A program made the position numbers and the translations under genes. Under the pieces are notes generated by a model, which saw nothing but the letters and a program-made list of their open reading frames with translations, was not told the origin of the DNA and made no database searches. A stretch of 59,183 nt of DNA, filler included, from Jimgerdemannia flammicorona (taxonomy: Eukaryota): assembly GCA_003990765.1 (NCBI GenBank). It is 2 parts of 2 records of this genome, joined end to end, with 100 filler letters (N's around TTAATTAATTAA, not from the genome) between each part and the next. Parts side by side here need not be neighbours in the genome. Positions count along the whole stretch, not along the records: positions 1 to 29,543 come from RBNJ01000490.1; 1 more part is not named here. One strand, 5' to 3'. This document shows, piece by piece, positions 11,101 to 25,619 of the stretch. Position 1 is the stretch's first letter. Every line of letters begins with the position of its first letter.

Positions 11101-14100
11101 TTTTTATTTTTATTTTTTTTTATAGTTACTTGGACTCTTGTATTTATTATTAAACAATACTATACTATAATAATATATATATAATAGCTCACTCCTATCC
11201 AATCCTGCAGAGGGATCTACTTACTATCTCTATCTTACTGAAAGATAACCACTCTTTCAGATACTTAAACTCTCTCTCCACTCTTCTTATATATCCTTTT
11301 TACAAGTCTATAATGAAGACCCACTTTGGGCCTAATCTTATTTACCATCCATTCAATAATTCTAATATTAACTACTCTCATCTCACTACCCTCACCCCTA
11401 GTATCAGCTTCTGATCATCCTCAAAATCATACAGCCAATATCTTAAGATCCTAACCCAAACAGCAAGAGTCTACTCTACTGAAAGCTATTCATTTTTTTT
11501 TTTTTTTTTTTTTTTTGTTTTACAGACTCTATGTCCCATGGATTTTTATTGGAAGGGAACCTAGACTATATAGGCCAAAACCCTCCTCCACCACCCATCA
11601 AGTACTGCCCCTCTATTAACCTAGGCTAGCTATTGTCCAGCAGCTTGACCATGCCAGGTGCAGCAGGACAAAGTAGCCTGTACCTCATTCTGTGCACCAT
11701 GCTCTCCCTACCACCAGGGGAAACCCAGCCATATACCAATGACTGAAAGTGCATGCCCAAGAACCCAACATATGTACAAGGCCACACCTGAGCCGAATAG
11801 AATAGCCCCTGCCACCTCAAAGAGAATGACAGATAAAGAAAAAACCCTCATCAAAGCACAATATGGTGGATAGGGCCTGGTTCTTCCAGTCGAGATGAGT
11901 AGAGGACTTATACATGAGGCGGGAGGAGACCCCCAATACCCCACTACTCAAGCCTGTAGGCCTCGATCACATTGCCATATCAGCTCCTGGTTCCAGTTGA
12001 GTGCAGCCAAGATGTCTGAAATAGGTAGCCTTGGGCCCCCCAACCCCCCTGATGACCAGGGCCCAACCCCACGAATCACTAAAAGAAGCCGAGAGTGACA
12101 CCTACCACCTAACTGCACCACACCAATCAAAAGGCCCCACTAAAGCAGCACCTGCCCCAGCCCCAATGACTGCCCCCAGCCTGGCACCCTACTGGTTCAC
12201 CATAATCACCCTTCCTCCTATCTGTGACAGCCATCTCTCCTCCCACCCCAACATCACCCAAAAAACAGTCACCTACACCAGAACCACACTCACTCGGAAG
12301 CTCGCCAAAGCCAGAGGGCCCCACTACAGGCACCGAGGACCTACAGGTAACTTATACTGAACACTTGATGCCCAAGGTTGGCCGACTCCCTACATAGCTG
12401 GAGATACACTGAGACAACTCCTTATTGGCAACGGTACAAGGAAGAAGGCACTGCACCAAAATGGGTATACCCCAGATGCAGCTGAAGGCACCAGAATCTG
12501 TGGAAAAGTGGAGGAAGCACTGATCTGACACCGATAAAGGGGCAACTCATCACCATTGCCCTCCTCCCACCATGTCCCTATAGGCACAGCAAACTAATCC
12601 AAGATAGAGGGGGCAATATTAGGGGAAAGGGGACTCAGAAGGTCACCTACCAAACCTTGTGACCAGTAAGGTAGTGGAGAAAGGAGCTGAAAGCTATTCA
12701 TTACCAACTCTCTCTACCAGCGATACCTGAGGGATATCTCACTACTACTTTACTATCTCTATAGGAGAGCATACTCCCAGCTATTTCTCAATCATCTGCC
12801 AGAAGTCAGGCAAGATCTTACACTACTCTAACTAATGTTTCAAAGTCTGTATCACTTCTCACTCCTATCTAATATTATAGAACCCCTTATAATCAAAGAT
12901 ACTCCCTTCTACCAAATATCTCAAATAAAATTTCAAAATCATGTTCTACTGTTGGAGTCTCCACCACACTACCCAAAACTTGGGCAGAAGCTATCTTAGC
13001 ACTACCTAACTCTATTATAGATACTGGTCTAGTTCCATATCTCACCAATATCTACCACCTATCAGGACTCTGACCACAGATCTCTCCCCTATACTTATAG
13101 ATACTCTATATAATTCTTAAGATAAAAATCATCCACTAGAGCACTCCCTAACAAAAGATGGTCTCACCTCTACATCTTGGGTCTCCAGTTCTCCTCTCTT
13201 ATTGATAGATAACAATTATATGAGCTCTATAAACTACCCTCTACCAGAGGCCCTTATATTATATCTTATAGCTCCTCTAGAGTACTATCAGAGAGAGCAA
13301 ATTATCAGGGGCTCTTCTAGGAGAGAACTGCACCTTCTACACCCTTTGTATACAAAGTATATATCCTTAGTCCCTCAGCTTACTAGTTCACTTCAGCCAC
13401 CACACTCTCAAGCAATATAAGTACTTAGTGAAATCAATATGACTAAGGCCTCTCTAAACTATCAGTATATCAGTACATCCCAGCCAATCTGACTATACTA
13501 TTTAGCCCAAATTTGGGACTTAGTTATCTTTAGAAGTCTCTTCACCACCTATACAAGGAAGTCTAGATAATATCTCAGAATTCATAGCTTAGTCAACTAG
13601 TACATATTCAGTATAATTACCCTTTCTGCTAATAAGATATCTCAGCCACCTCAGCCCAGAAGTATATTCCTCCATTCTGCCAGCTTCTGCTCCCACTATA
13701 TCTCAAATAGTAGAGAACTATATACTAAGAAGTAAATTCTCAGATAATAGAATATCTTCTCTGCTGAGACAATTATTTCAATCCTATCCCCACCAACTAC
13801 TCCTTCTCTGAGCTCCAGTATTTTATATTTATGTCAGTTGATCTTAGTTCCTGAGTATCTCTCATATTATTCTACAGCTTTTTGCAGAATAGCCATATCT
13901 TCTACAGAGTCCCATCTGACTACCATATCATCTGCAAAGGCTCTCAACTTCTAATTCATACTTAGAATTGTCAACTCTCTCACCTTATACTAAATCTTAT
14001 CTAACAAAAGCCCAAAGAGAGGGCATAGAGACTAGGTAATAATAGATCACTCTGTGGTATACCTCTACTCAGGAGAGATAATATTCCTCTATATTCATTA

Positions 14101-15137
14101 ATCAAAATAGTTGTTTGACTCCTCTCCAACAAACTGAGGAAGGACTATCAAAAGTCTGGAAGAACTCTAATATACTTTAGCACTCTATCTAACTACACAC
14201 TTAGTACTCTATCATATGCCTTCTTCTGGTCTAGAAATACTAGATAACTATATACCCTAGCAGTCCTGGCCCCTTCAATAATATCATAGACCTAAGTCAT
14301 TCTATTTCTAATTAGTCAGTTACTAACAAAGTCCCATTGTTCCTCCCCCAATACCCTCTGAGCCACTCCCTGCAACCAGGCAACTATGATCTTTATAACT
14401 AGCTTATAATCTATATTTAGAAGTATAATTGGCCTCCAGTTCTTCTACTTCTCTCTTCTCTCCTAATCTTTGAACAATAGTGTCACTAGGCCCACATACC
14501 TTCCATCTATCTACTCTTTAGAGTCAATAACTATATTATACATCTGTGATATCTCCTCTAATACTGCCTCTACTCTAGTCATTCTCTTCTAGAAATCCTG
14601 GGGCAAGCCATTCTATCCAGGGCCCATCTCAAAACTGGTCACTACTAAGATTCTGAGAATCTCTTCTCCTTAAACTAGTATCCCTAGCTCTTTCAGACTC
14701 TCTACCAGGTTCAGATATCAGTCCTCCAGATATCACTCAATGATCTGCACATTCTCTCTACTCTCCTCCTTACTCTATTACTCTTTCTCTAGACCTTATC
14801 ACTATAACTGGACCACTATATTCTTTATCTATATATCTTCCTCTCTATGCAGTAAATTCTATAGTTTCTCTATCAGATATACTAAACCTTCCAATTCATT
14901 ATCTCTATATCCTCTAACAGACCAGTCTACTTCTTTAACATCCTTTTCAATCTAGGCAAGGCCTGCTATATACAACCCTACTTCTTTGTACTCTGTAGTC
15001 TCTCTGTCTCTCTCTAGAAATATTGAGCATCAGACTTCAGTCTATGCTATATCTCCAAAAGCAAGGCCTTCCTCTCTCTAAAAAAGAACCCTAGATCTAA
15101 TGTCTACAACTTAGACTTTTTATAAAGAGGGCTCAAC
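11101..15137 (-). mobile_element. Decayed L1/Tx1-type LINE (ORF2 RT region, 3' UTR, poly(A)); continues at 25419-25619
   Basis: Minus-strand motifs: 'NWRPIILLNIDYK' (~14405-14443), 'FLDQKKAYDRV' (~14205-14237), 'RGIPQSDLL' (from RGxPQGDPL, ~14040-14066) and 'AFADD' (~13928-13942). Tail at 11101-11121. Confidence 0.92.
11493..12689 (-). mobile_element. ~1.2-kb non-autonomous poly(A) retroelement (SINE-like), copy A
   Basis: Poly(T) at 11493-11521, minus-strand AATAAA, and TSD AAAGCTATTCA at 11482-11492 and 12690-12700. Near-identical to copies at 29644 and 45359. Confidence 0.88.
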
Positions 15138-18100
15138 TATAAGTATACAATCTCTAAGTCACTAAAATTATACATCACTCTTATAAAATTACAAATCTAA
15201 GTTAAACCAAAGTTACAGATCACAAAGCTGAGTCAACATAAAGTTATGGAATACAAGATATATAGAAATGAAATCTTATCAATCAGGACCAAAAGCATAT
15301 ATATCAAATATATAATATATTAAAACAAAGAACCATAATAAAATGAAAACATAACTATAACTCTCATACATATATCCATATATGACTACTGAAGTCTATA
15401 ATAATATCTATATTAATATTTGTAATGTCATTGCCAACTAAGCCACAGTACCTCTACTCTCTATAAATATCTATAGATTAGCACCTCTCTACTTTATGAA
15501 AGCCCAAAAGAATGACTTGAACATACTTAGTAAGATCTATCAAATTGGACAAATCTCATACTACTACTAGATCAGCTATCTCCTAGACGACATAGTTAAC
15601 TACTACTATGATATAGATATTACTAATATATTACAATATCAGAAACTCATTATCTATAAATACTAAGAACTCTTTTGTGAATACAGTACTATTATTCCCA
15701 CCTCTAAATCACTATTATAGAAATGGTTGCAATACTAACCTATACTCAAATTGATAATATAGTATAAGAACTCAATTATGGATACAAATATTGAGTATAC
15801 TCAAACTACTGAAAACCCCTTATTATATCCAGATAACCATAACCTACAAATGTCCCAAGTTAGATATATCATGAAGGATGTCTATAATATAATCTAGTTT
15901 AATAATAATAAAGTAGAAGACAATGATCTCTTTGACACAGACATAATCTCCAGCCAAAGATCTCTACCAACTCTGATCACTCTGCCAATCTTGCCAATGA
16001 ATATATAATAGTTCATTACTATTTATAAGATCTATTGAGATATTAACTACTGATATAAGTACTAACCTACATTCACACCAAACTACCTCAACTACAATGA
16101 AGAGACCAGAGAATACAACCTATACTTACAGATAACTCTTGAGATAGAATCAACAACCACACTTTCTGAGCATAAGTAATATAAAAAATAGCTATCAGAT
16201 TACTACCACTAAGCAATACATAGTACTATAATCTACTGAAGGTATACTGATAATAAATCTGATAAAAGTGAAGACAATATGCCCCTTCTCTACTACTCAC
16301 TAACACCCTATTAAGTATATGAGAAAGATGAAACCATTCTGTAAGATGATGATCTAGTTCTAATATATTACTATATAAATATATTATCAAAGGTAATCTT
16401 ATCAAAGAATATCAAGATAGTGTCTAAAACTATAAATAGCTTAGCAGTCATTAGTATAGTTAGATTAGCCTTATACTATATAACTGTATTCTGACTCTCA
16501 AAGTACTAAGTACTATATTTATATATATATTCTAGATAGTCTCTTATTATTATAAATACCCACTCTCTCAGACCTCAGAAGCTGATTATACACAAACTCA
16601 AACAACTTCAAGAATACTTCTCTACATACTTAACCTTTCACATACTACTCCTAGTATTAGCTAATAGCAATTTTATAAATAATGAATAAATCTATTTAAT
16701 AACTCTTAAGTAAACTCATACTATATTAGGTCTCACTCCTATCTAGATCTCAAAATTTCCTAATTGGGTATTGTCTGCAGTAATATGCCAATTCAACTAA
16801 GCTGGTCTTAGTTTCTCAAACTTTCTGAAATAAGGAAATCCTGAACATCTAGAATAAGTCTGAAAATAGACTTTGGTTGAGATATCATCTTGAAATCAAT
16901 CAGTATAGAGGATGTAATCTATACAAAATTGATCTTGACCTTAAGAAAATAGTCTTCAGAACATTAAGAACTTCCCGAAAATACTTCTAGAACTATATAA
17001 TAGTACTATAACAAAGTTATCTCTTATAACTTCATAGAACTAGTTTATAATACAATTTCACTTCAAGATACTTCCTCACCCAGCTACAACTATCTACAAA
17101 ACTTCTAAAAGTTGGTATAAAGCCCAACTACTGAACTGAAATTTATTCCAAACTATCTGATAATCTGGAATCAATTGAACCTAATGTATAAGGACAATTA
17201 GACCTCCATATCTACAATAAGTGAGACAAGCTTTATATATATAAAAAGAACTCCAATTCAGTCAGCAGATAGGTGAAACTTTATTCAACAAATGCTTTAC
17301 TCTATACCCCACAAATCAAGATGAAGAAGGTCTTATAGAAGTCTTCTTTACTCTTTCCAACAAGAGTTTTATAAGCTCTACAAACACAAGTAACCTAGAA
17401 TATCAGCAGCTGTCTTCCAGCTTTCGTTTCTCATGACACAAAAGCCTCATAGTTAAGTGGCTCAACTCTACTGTCTATTACTAAATTAGGATCAAGACTA
17501 CTCTATACTACTATTTTCAGAATTACAAGATCTAATATATTTTTAAAGAAGAAGCCTGAAAACCTCTTCATCAACAACCAGATTCTAATTCAGAAGCAGA
17601 CCCAGCTGAAACTCTACCTGGAACTAAACTAGACTCTGAACTAGCATTTGGTTTAAGTCTATTGAAATCTGGTATACAACTAATACTATATATCTACTTT
17701 GATACTAAGCAAACTCAGCTACATGAAGATCAAAGTGAAGATAATGAGAAGTATTATAGTGAATTCAATCTTAGATATACTACTGAAGGAGATACTCCTA
17801 CCTCAGGACAAAATCCACCTATAGAACAACAGATAGTTATCTACTAAGCCTTATATCAGACCTATAATAGTTACTCTAGTAACTCACACAGACTCAGAGA
17901 ACACCATCACACTCTATGCCAGTACCTTAAGTTATATAAATAACATCACTACCAGTAGTTTAACAGCCTTTTATAAACAATATAACAAATCAACAACTCC
18001 TGGACCTTATAGCTCAGATTGCCATAATGGTAGCAACTATTACCACCTTAGCTGAATAGATCTGACAAACAAAAAGCCTAAGTCTACTTATCTTTAATAG

Positions 18101-21100
18101 TACTGTATAAGAAGTCTAAAGCTTTATTATTATAGTAGATACCAATTTCAAAAATCAATGGACCAATGAGCAAATTGCTGACCATCTCCTAATAAACAAC
18201 TAAGACCATACTATTGAACAACTCTTTGCTACTATATACTTCAGCTTATGTCTGCTGAGTTGTTATATTCTTTCAAAGACCAGTTATTGCTCAAAATATA
18301 GCAAATTATACTTCTGGATATAGTGATCACCCTGTAGCCCCTAGACTCAAATAACTCATAATTGCACAATATTGTAGTAAAACTCTTATTATAAAATCCC
18401 AAGTCAACCTCTGTAATTTCAAATTCAATATATATAGTAAGAAAGAATTTGAAACCTTATATACAAAATTTGAGTCACTCCTGAACACTATTGATCTGAG
18501 ATATATTGCCAATAATAAATTATGAAATAGTATAAGAGATCATTTATTTGATATACTATCAGAATGACTAATAAGAGAGATCTGAGAACAGGATGTCCAA
18601 TTAGTTATATTTACCAACAATAGTATCTGGCTAGAATTAAGACTATAGTTAAGTAAATTCTAACAGCTGGGCCAATTCTGTCTTGAAAACAATTCAATAA
18701 CTAGGAAATATCTTTGATAAAAAAGAAGAACCCAAGCATGAAGCCTCTCAAGCTCCCTATATATCTATCTCTTAGATATCTTGAAATTCTGAACCCACTC
18801 AGCCAAGTATCTTCAAGAAACTCACCAAAGGAGGAAGAAACAAACTTCAAAGAAGTAAAGCATTTTTTTATTGTCAAAAGACAGGAAACATGATCAGTAT
18901 CTGTCCTAATCAAAAACCCCAAACAACAATATAAGCAACTATTACTACTCTATATCTATCTCAATAATCTTATCACCAAGATACTAGACTTTATTAAGTT
19001 AAGGACAACAGCTAAGGTCCTAATCAAAGAAAGCCCAAAAGCTGCTGAATATAATATATATACAATTAAAGAAGCTATTATTTAAAACCAAGAAGTCAAA
19101 CAAGTCTACATAGAAATCAGTTAAAGGATATATTGAAAGAATATAGTATTACAGCAGTCTAGCATTAAAAGAACTCTTAGTAGAAAGAGGAGTCATTGAT
19201 GAAGATATACTAGAGAAATCATTATCCTCATCTAAAACTATAGCTGGACCCCATTTAAGATCTCTATTAATTATTACATTACTCAGATCCTATTTGAAAA
19301 AATTGAATCAACTCTGATAGTCAAGGAAGTTTCTGAACTACTATTTACCATCTGAGGACCTAAAGGATTTGGCTTATCAAATAAGACTCCAGTCCAACCT
19401 ACTGTAAATAAGATAAAATAATTCTATAGAAAAATCAAAGATAGATGTATACTAAGTAGCTGATGCCCCTATAGCATTAGAATGTACTCCCTTAAATGAT
19501 TGATGAATACTTTTCATATGTCAATGAGTTAGTCCAATGAAGAACTAATAGAAGAAAGCCTCCAATAACTAAAATTACCACTATTAGATCAGACAAACTA
19601 CTTACTCTATAAGCTTTTGATTAATTGAGCTCTTGTCAAAATTATGATAGTAGTACCTTTGACAACTTTATCAAAGTGGAAACAGCCAACAGACTTAAAG
19701 TTCTGACCTCTCAAGTATAATAAACTCAAGGAGTTGCTACTGCTGATTGAACCTCATATATTATTAGTGAGGTAGTCTACAATCTATCTATCAGAATTGG
19801 TGACTACTGAGTATATGCTACTCTCTAGATTATACCACTCCTAGATAATTAGATCATCCTTAGAATACCATAGTTAAAATAACAAAACCCCATGATAGAT
19901 TTGGTGAACCATTCTCTGACCATCAAGAAAGAATACTGTAACTTCAAACTACAAGAAGAAAGAGACCCACTCAGCACTAGTAACTCTGGCCCAAAGATCA
20001 CCCACATTAACAAACTTCAACTCAAGAAATAAGCAAAAAATTATTTCTCTCTTTACTATCTCCATACATTCATCCAAAGGAGAATCTAAGAACCTTGAAA
20101 AAGACTTTTTCAAAGTTGACAGTCATATTAGACACTTACTTCAGAAATTTCAAGATATATTTCCAAAGATACTTCTAAAAGATCTACTATGTAAATGGGT
20201 AGTTGAGTGTGTAATCAAAACTATCCCAGATATCAAGCTAGCCTTCAAGTCAATCTACTATATATCTCTTAGAGAAATCCATATTCACAAGAAAGGGATC
20301 AATGAACTCCAAGAATAAGAATTAATTAGAACTATTGTATTACTATATGGTACATAGTCCTCTTTGTTGTCAAGAAAAGAGGAGATCTATAAATATATAT
20401 TGACTATAAAGATCTCAAAGAGCAGATTATCAAAAACTATTGACCACTACTCTAATTCAATAAAATATTCAATAGGCTTACTAATTCATAATTCATAAGC
20501 TCTTTTGATCTATATAATAGCTACTAGTAAATTGTTATGAAAAAGAAAGACATCTATAAAATGGTTTTCTGAACTTACTATGGCTATTTCGAGTTCCTTA
20601 TTATACCCATTGGCTTAACTAATACTCTTACAACCTTTCAGACTCTGATAAACACTATCCTACACCCATACCTAAATAAATTTGTTATTGTCTACATTGA
20701 CAATATTCTGGTCTTCAGCAAAACTCTGAAGAAACATTTTGAATATTTTGAACAAGTACTACAGAAGGTTTAAGAAACTCAACTTTTTGTAAAACTCAGC
20801 AAATATAAATTCCTTCTAAGGATATTCAATTCCTTTGATACATTGTTACTCTCAATAGTATTAAAGTGGACTTTAGCAAAATCTCCATAATTAAGAAATG
20901 GCCTAGACCCAAGAAGCTAAAAGACCTCCAGTCTCTCCTGAGATTAGCAAATAATTATAGATAATTTGTTACAAACTTTGAACAATCTTGGATCATAAAG
21001 CAAGAAAAGAACTTCAACAAACTTATTAAATAGAAACTCAAACAAGATACAGCCTTTCAAGCCTTAAAAGATATCCTGATAACTACTCAAGTACTTCAAG

Positions 21101-24100
21101 TGGTAAACCCTATCCTACTATATAAAGTTACTACTAATATCTCTGACCTAGCTCTTTTGGTAATACTTATACAAGAAGGACATTCTGTGGCCTATTGTTC
21201 TCATAATTTCAATGATACTGAAATCAACTATATTATCTATGAGAAGAAAATATTAGCCATCATAGATATCCTGATTAAATAGCACCCATACCTTAAAGGA
21301 GTACACTTCACCATATTAACAGACTACCAATAATTGATCAATATTAAGACTCAGGCTACCCTTTTCCAAAAGTAAGCTAAATGAATAAAAGTTCTTACTA
21401 ATTTTAATTATGAAAACTAATACTATCCTAATAAGGAAAATATTATTGCCAATATAATCTCCAGACCACTAATTGAGAAAGTTATATAAACTCTTACCTT
21501 GGTTACCACTCTATTATAGAACAAATTATTACAGTATATATTGATAATAAAGAAGCTCAGATATTCAAAGAAATTCTGAGCAGTAATGAGATTAACTAGT
21601 ACCCTCAGTATCTTCAATACCAATTGAAGGACAATGCTATCTATTGTAAGAATAGACTATATATTTCTAATAACCAAGATCTCCAAAGGACTATCCTCTT
21701 TGAATATCATGATACTCCTATAACTAGATATCTAGAATATGACAAATGCTATAAATTTATTTCTCAAAAATTCTACTGGCTCTGTATGGCAGAGTAGTTA
21801 AAGACCTATATCACTTCTTGTAATACCTGCCAATATAATAAGTTCTCAACTCTAGCAAAACCTAGACTACTCAATCATATTCTAGTATCTTCTACTAATT
21901 GAGAACAAATCTCTATGGACTTTATTATATAACTATATACCTCAAACCAAGAATGAGAAAGATGTAATTGTTGTCTTTATAGACTATCTTAGCAAACAAG
22001 CTCACTTAGTGCCTACTGCTACTATTAAAATAGTACTAGAAATTGCTATACTCTTATTTTATAATATCTTTTACTATTATGGTATTCTTGAGAGCATTAT
22101 TAGTAACTATGATCCAAAGTTTACCAGCTATTTTTGGAAAGCTCTATATATATACCTTGGAATAAAGCTAGTACTATTTACAGCCTTTTACCTAGAAACT
22201 AATGGACAAACTTAAAGGATAAACTAAACCCTGGAGTAAATACTAAGGAATAATATTTTCTATAGACAAGATGATTGATATGAACACATTACTGTAGTTG
22301 TGTTTTCTTACAATAACAATCAAGCTTTCCTTAAAAGGTCCCCATTCTTCACCAATATAGGATAAAACCCAAATACACCTCTGACTCTTATCAGAACTGT
22401 AGATTAACTCTCTATAGTTGAGGCTATTGAAGAATTCTTACTCTAAAGTACAAATTGAGCAAATTACAATTGAAAACCTAGCTTGAGCTCAATATCAACA
22501 ATCTCAGTATATCAAACAATATTACTAAGAAGAACTTTTGATATTAGTAAAAAGGTTTTACTAGATATCTGAGGATACTGAGTTGATAATCTCAAATACA
22601 GACCCTCTATAAAGCTAAATAACAAGTTTATTAGACCATTCAAAGTCATTGCATAAGTCACTCCTATATTCTACAAATTAGTACTACTAGATACTATTAG
22701 TTTTCAATATTCAATGCCTTAAGTGATATAGTAAAAATAATGATAAACTATTCCCAAATCAAACTATAAATCTACTAGTACCTATTATTATAAATAACTA
22801 GGAGAAATATAAAGTTGAATAAATTCTCAATAAATATAGCCACAAGAACAACATGGAATACCTTATCAAATGAAAAAGTTATCTAATCTATAATACTATA
22901 TGGAAATCTAAAACAAATCTCTTGAATGCTGCTAACTTAGTTCAAGAATATGATTCTTTAAATAACTAGTTCAAATACTTCAACACTCATTATTACTATA
23001 TTATATATACTATCTTTCTGAACATTACTAAAAGATTTAGGTAATTATTATAAACAAAATTGAAAACTCAGCAAAAATACTGACTCTTTAGAAAAATAGT
23101 AAAACTGAAAGCCAGCCTATTCTCTCTGTACCACTAGTGAGAAATGAGGTACAAATATTTAAAAAGATTCCTTAGAGGAAATTCTTTAGTAGTAAATGAC
23201 ATCAGAATTACTTTGAGTATATAGTATAAACATATAATTCTTTAATATGTGAATCTAACATATTAAGCAACTATACTACAAGCATGCTTCTTTCTGAGAA
23301 AACAGAATATTACTGGACTTTTGACCATCTAAATTATGTAATAAGACTTGACCAAATTTGAAGAACTCAATGAGGATATTGAAAACTAAGGAGAGAGTTA
23401 TAAGTTTACAATATCTAAGCTATCAAAATTGCACATTACCCTCAGAATAAATTTTGCAATCATATACAAAATTATAAAGCTGAGTCAAACTGAAGTTATA
23501 GATCATAAAGCTGAGTCAAACTGAAGTTACAGATCATGAAGCTAAGTCAATCTGAAGTTACAGAATATAAAATATACAGAAATAGAGCCTTACCAATCAG
23601 GATCAAAAGTATATATACTAAATATATAGTATGCCAAAATGAAGAACCACAATAAACTGAAACAACAACTACAACTCTTAAATATATACTCAGATATGAC
23701 CACTAATGACTCTAACTATATCAATACTGATATGTATTTGAAATATCATTAATATTATTATAAACTAAGCTACAGCACTTCTACCCCTTATGAATATCCA
23801 TAGCTCTACTTTATAGAAGTCTAATAGAATACTTTAAACATGCTTGGTGAGGTATATGAAATCAGACAAATCTCATGCTACTACTAGATTGACCATCTTC
23901 TAGAAGACCTAGTTAACTACTATTATGATATAGATATTACTGAGATTTTACATTACCAGAAACTCTTCACCTATAAATATTAAGAACTTATTTATAAGTA
24001 TAGCACTATTATTTCCTACCTCTAAGTCACTACTTCTGAAATAGTTGTCATACTGACCTATGGCCAAATTAATGATATAGTGTAAGAACTCAACCACCAG

Positions 24101-25418
24101 TATATTGAGTATACTCAAATTACAGACTCTTTCTGCACCCATATACATAACTACATCCTGTAAATGTCCCAAGTTTAATATACCATAAAGGATATCAAAA
24201 ATATAATTCATTTTGATAATTATAAAGTAAAATACAATGAACTCTCTAATATAGATATAATCTCTAGCCAAGGATCTCTGTCAACTCTAATTATCTTGCC
24301 AACCTTGTCAATGAACTTATAATAATTCATTACTATTTATAAGACTTATTGGGATAATAACTGGTGGTATGAGTACTAACTTATATTCATACCTAACTAC
24401 TTCAACTATAGTAAAGAGACCAAAGAATACAACCTGTATCTCCAGACAACTTTTGAGATAGAACCAACAATCCTACCTCCCAAGTACAAGTGATATAAAG
24501 AACAGGTACCAGCATACTACAATTCTGTAACATATAGTGCTATAATTTATCAAAGATATACTGATGGTGAATCTGATAAAAGTGAAAATAATGGACCTCT
24601 TCTTCACTCACCAACATTCTATCTAGCATATGAGAAAGATGACCCCATTCTGTAGGATGGTAATCTGGTCCCAATATATTACTATATGAATAAACAAGAA
24701 GATATAACCAAGAACCACTCTTCCTAAATGATTACTTTAATAGAGATAATATCATTGATAGTGATCTTATCTAAAAATACCCAGACAGTATCTAAAACTA
24801 TAAATAGCATAGTAGTCATTTGTATAGTTAGATTAGTCTTATACTATATAATTGTTTTTTGACTCATCAAAGTACTAAGTATTATATTTATATCTAGTAT
24901 AGTCCAGATAGCCTTTTATTTATATAAATACTCTCTCCCCCAGACCTCAGAAACTGACTATATACAGACTTGAACAACTCTAAGAATACTTTCCCACACA
25001 AATATCCCTTCATACACTACTCTTAGTATTAGTCAATAGCAATATCATAAATAGCAAATAAACCTATTTAATAATCCACAAAGTACTCTTACATATACCC
25101 ATACTATATTAGATCCCACTCGTAACTAGATTCCAAAATTTCCTAATTAGATAGTATCTATAGCAATATACCAATTCAACTAAGCTGATCTTAGTTCCTT
25201 TAACTTCCTGAAATAAGAAAATCCTATATATCCAGAATAAGTCTGAAAAAGGACTTTGGTTGAGACATTAATCCAATCTTGAAATCAATAAGTATAGAGG
25301 ATATACTTCATATAAAATTGATCTTGACCTTAAAAAAACAGTTTTTAAGAATATTCAGAACTTTCAGAAAATACTTCTAGAACTATATAATAATATCATA
25401 ACAAAGTATCCTCTTATA
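15138..25418 (+). mobile_element. Full-length decayed chromovirus (Ty3/Gypsy) inserted in the LINE
   Basis: LTRs at 15138-17028 and 23399-25418 (TATAAG...CTTATA, probably decayed TGTAAG...CTTACA). PPT AAGGAGAGAG precedes the 3' LTR. 5-bp TSD TCAAC/TCATC. Internal gag-pol with chromodomain. Confidence 0.9.
17300..22960 (+). pseudogene. Chromovirus gag-pol relic: protease, RT, RNase H, integrase, chromodomain
   Basis: RT 'KFVIVYIDNILVFS' (~20678-20720). RNase H 'VTTNISD' and 'EINYIIYEKKILAII'. Integrase 'SMDFI', 'FYLETNGQT' and 'KFIRPFKVI' (GPF motif). Chromodomain 'EKYKVE*IL...EYLIK*KSY...WKSKTNL' (~22800-22950). Confidence 0.9.
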
Positions 25419-25619
25419 TCATCTAATAAGTAAGAGTTCAAGTACTAATATTCAGATCCCTCCCAATTTTCCTCAAAATTTCTACATCCTAGAAGATCTT
25501 ACTGATCTGACTATAGGTATCATTCAGTCTCCAATAATTCTCAGATTTTACTCTCCCAATAATTGGCAGTCAGAACCTAGTTAATTCTAGAGCTAAGCCC
25601 ATATATCCAGTATATATAT
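25419..25619 (-). mobile_element. Continuation of the LINE (C-terminal part of the APE endonuclease)
   Basis: The minus strand reads 'SDCQLL' (from SDH) and 'NYWRLNDT', the WxLN motif that follows the L1/Tx1 endonuclease. Confidence 0.65.

Noticed and set aside
11626..12587. Short ORFs in the SINE-like copies as genes
   Set aside because: They occur on both strands, their stops differ between copies and no domain is recognisable.
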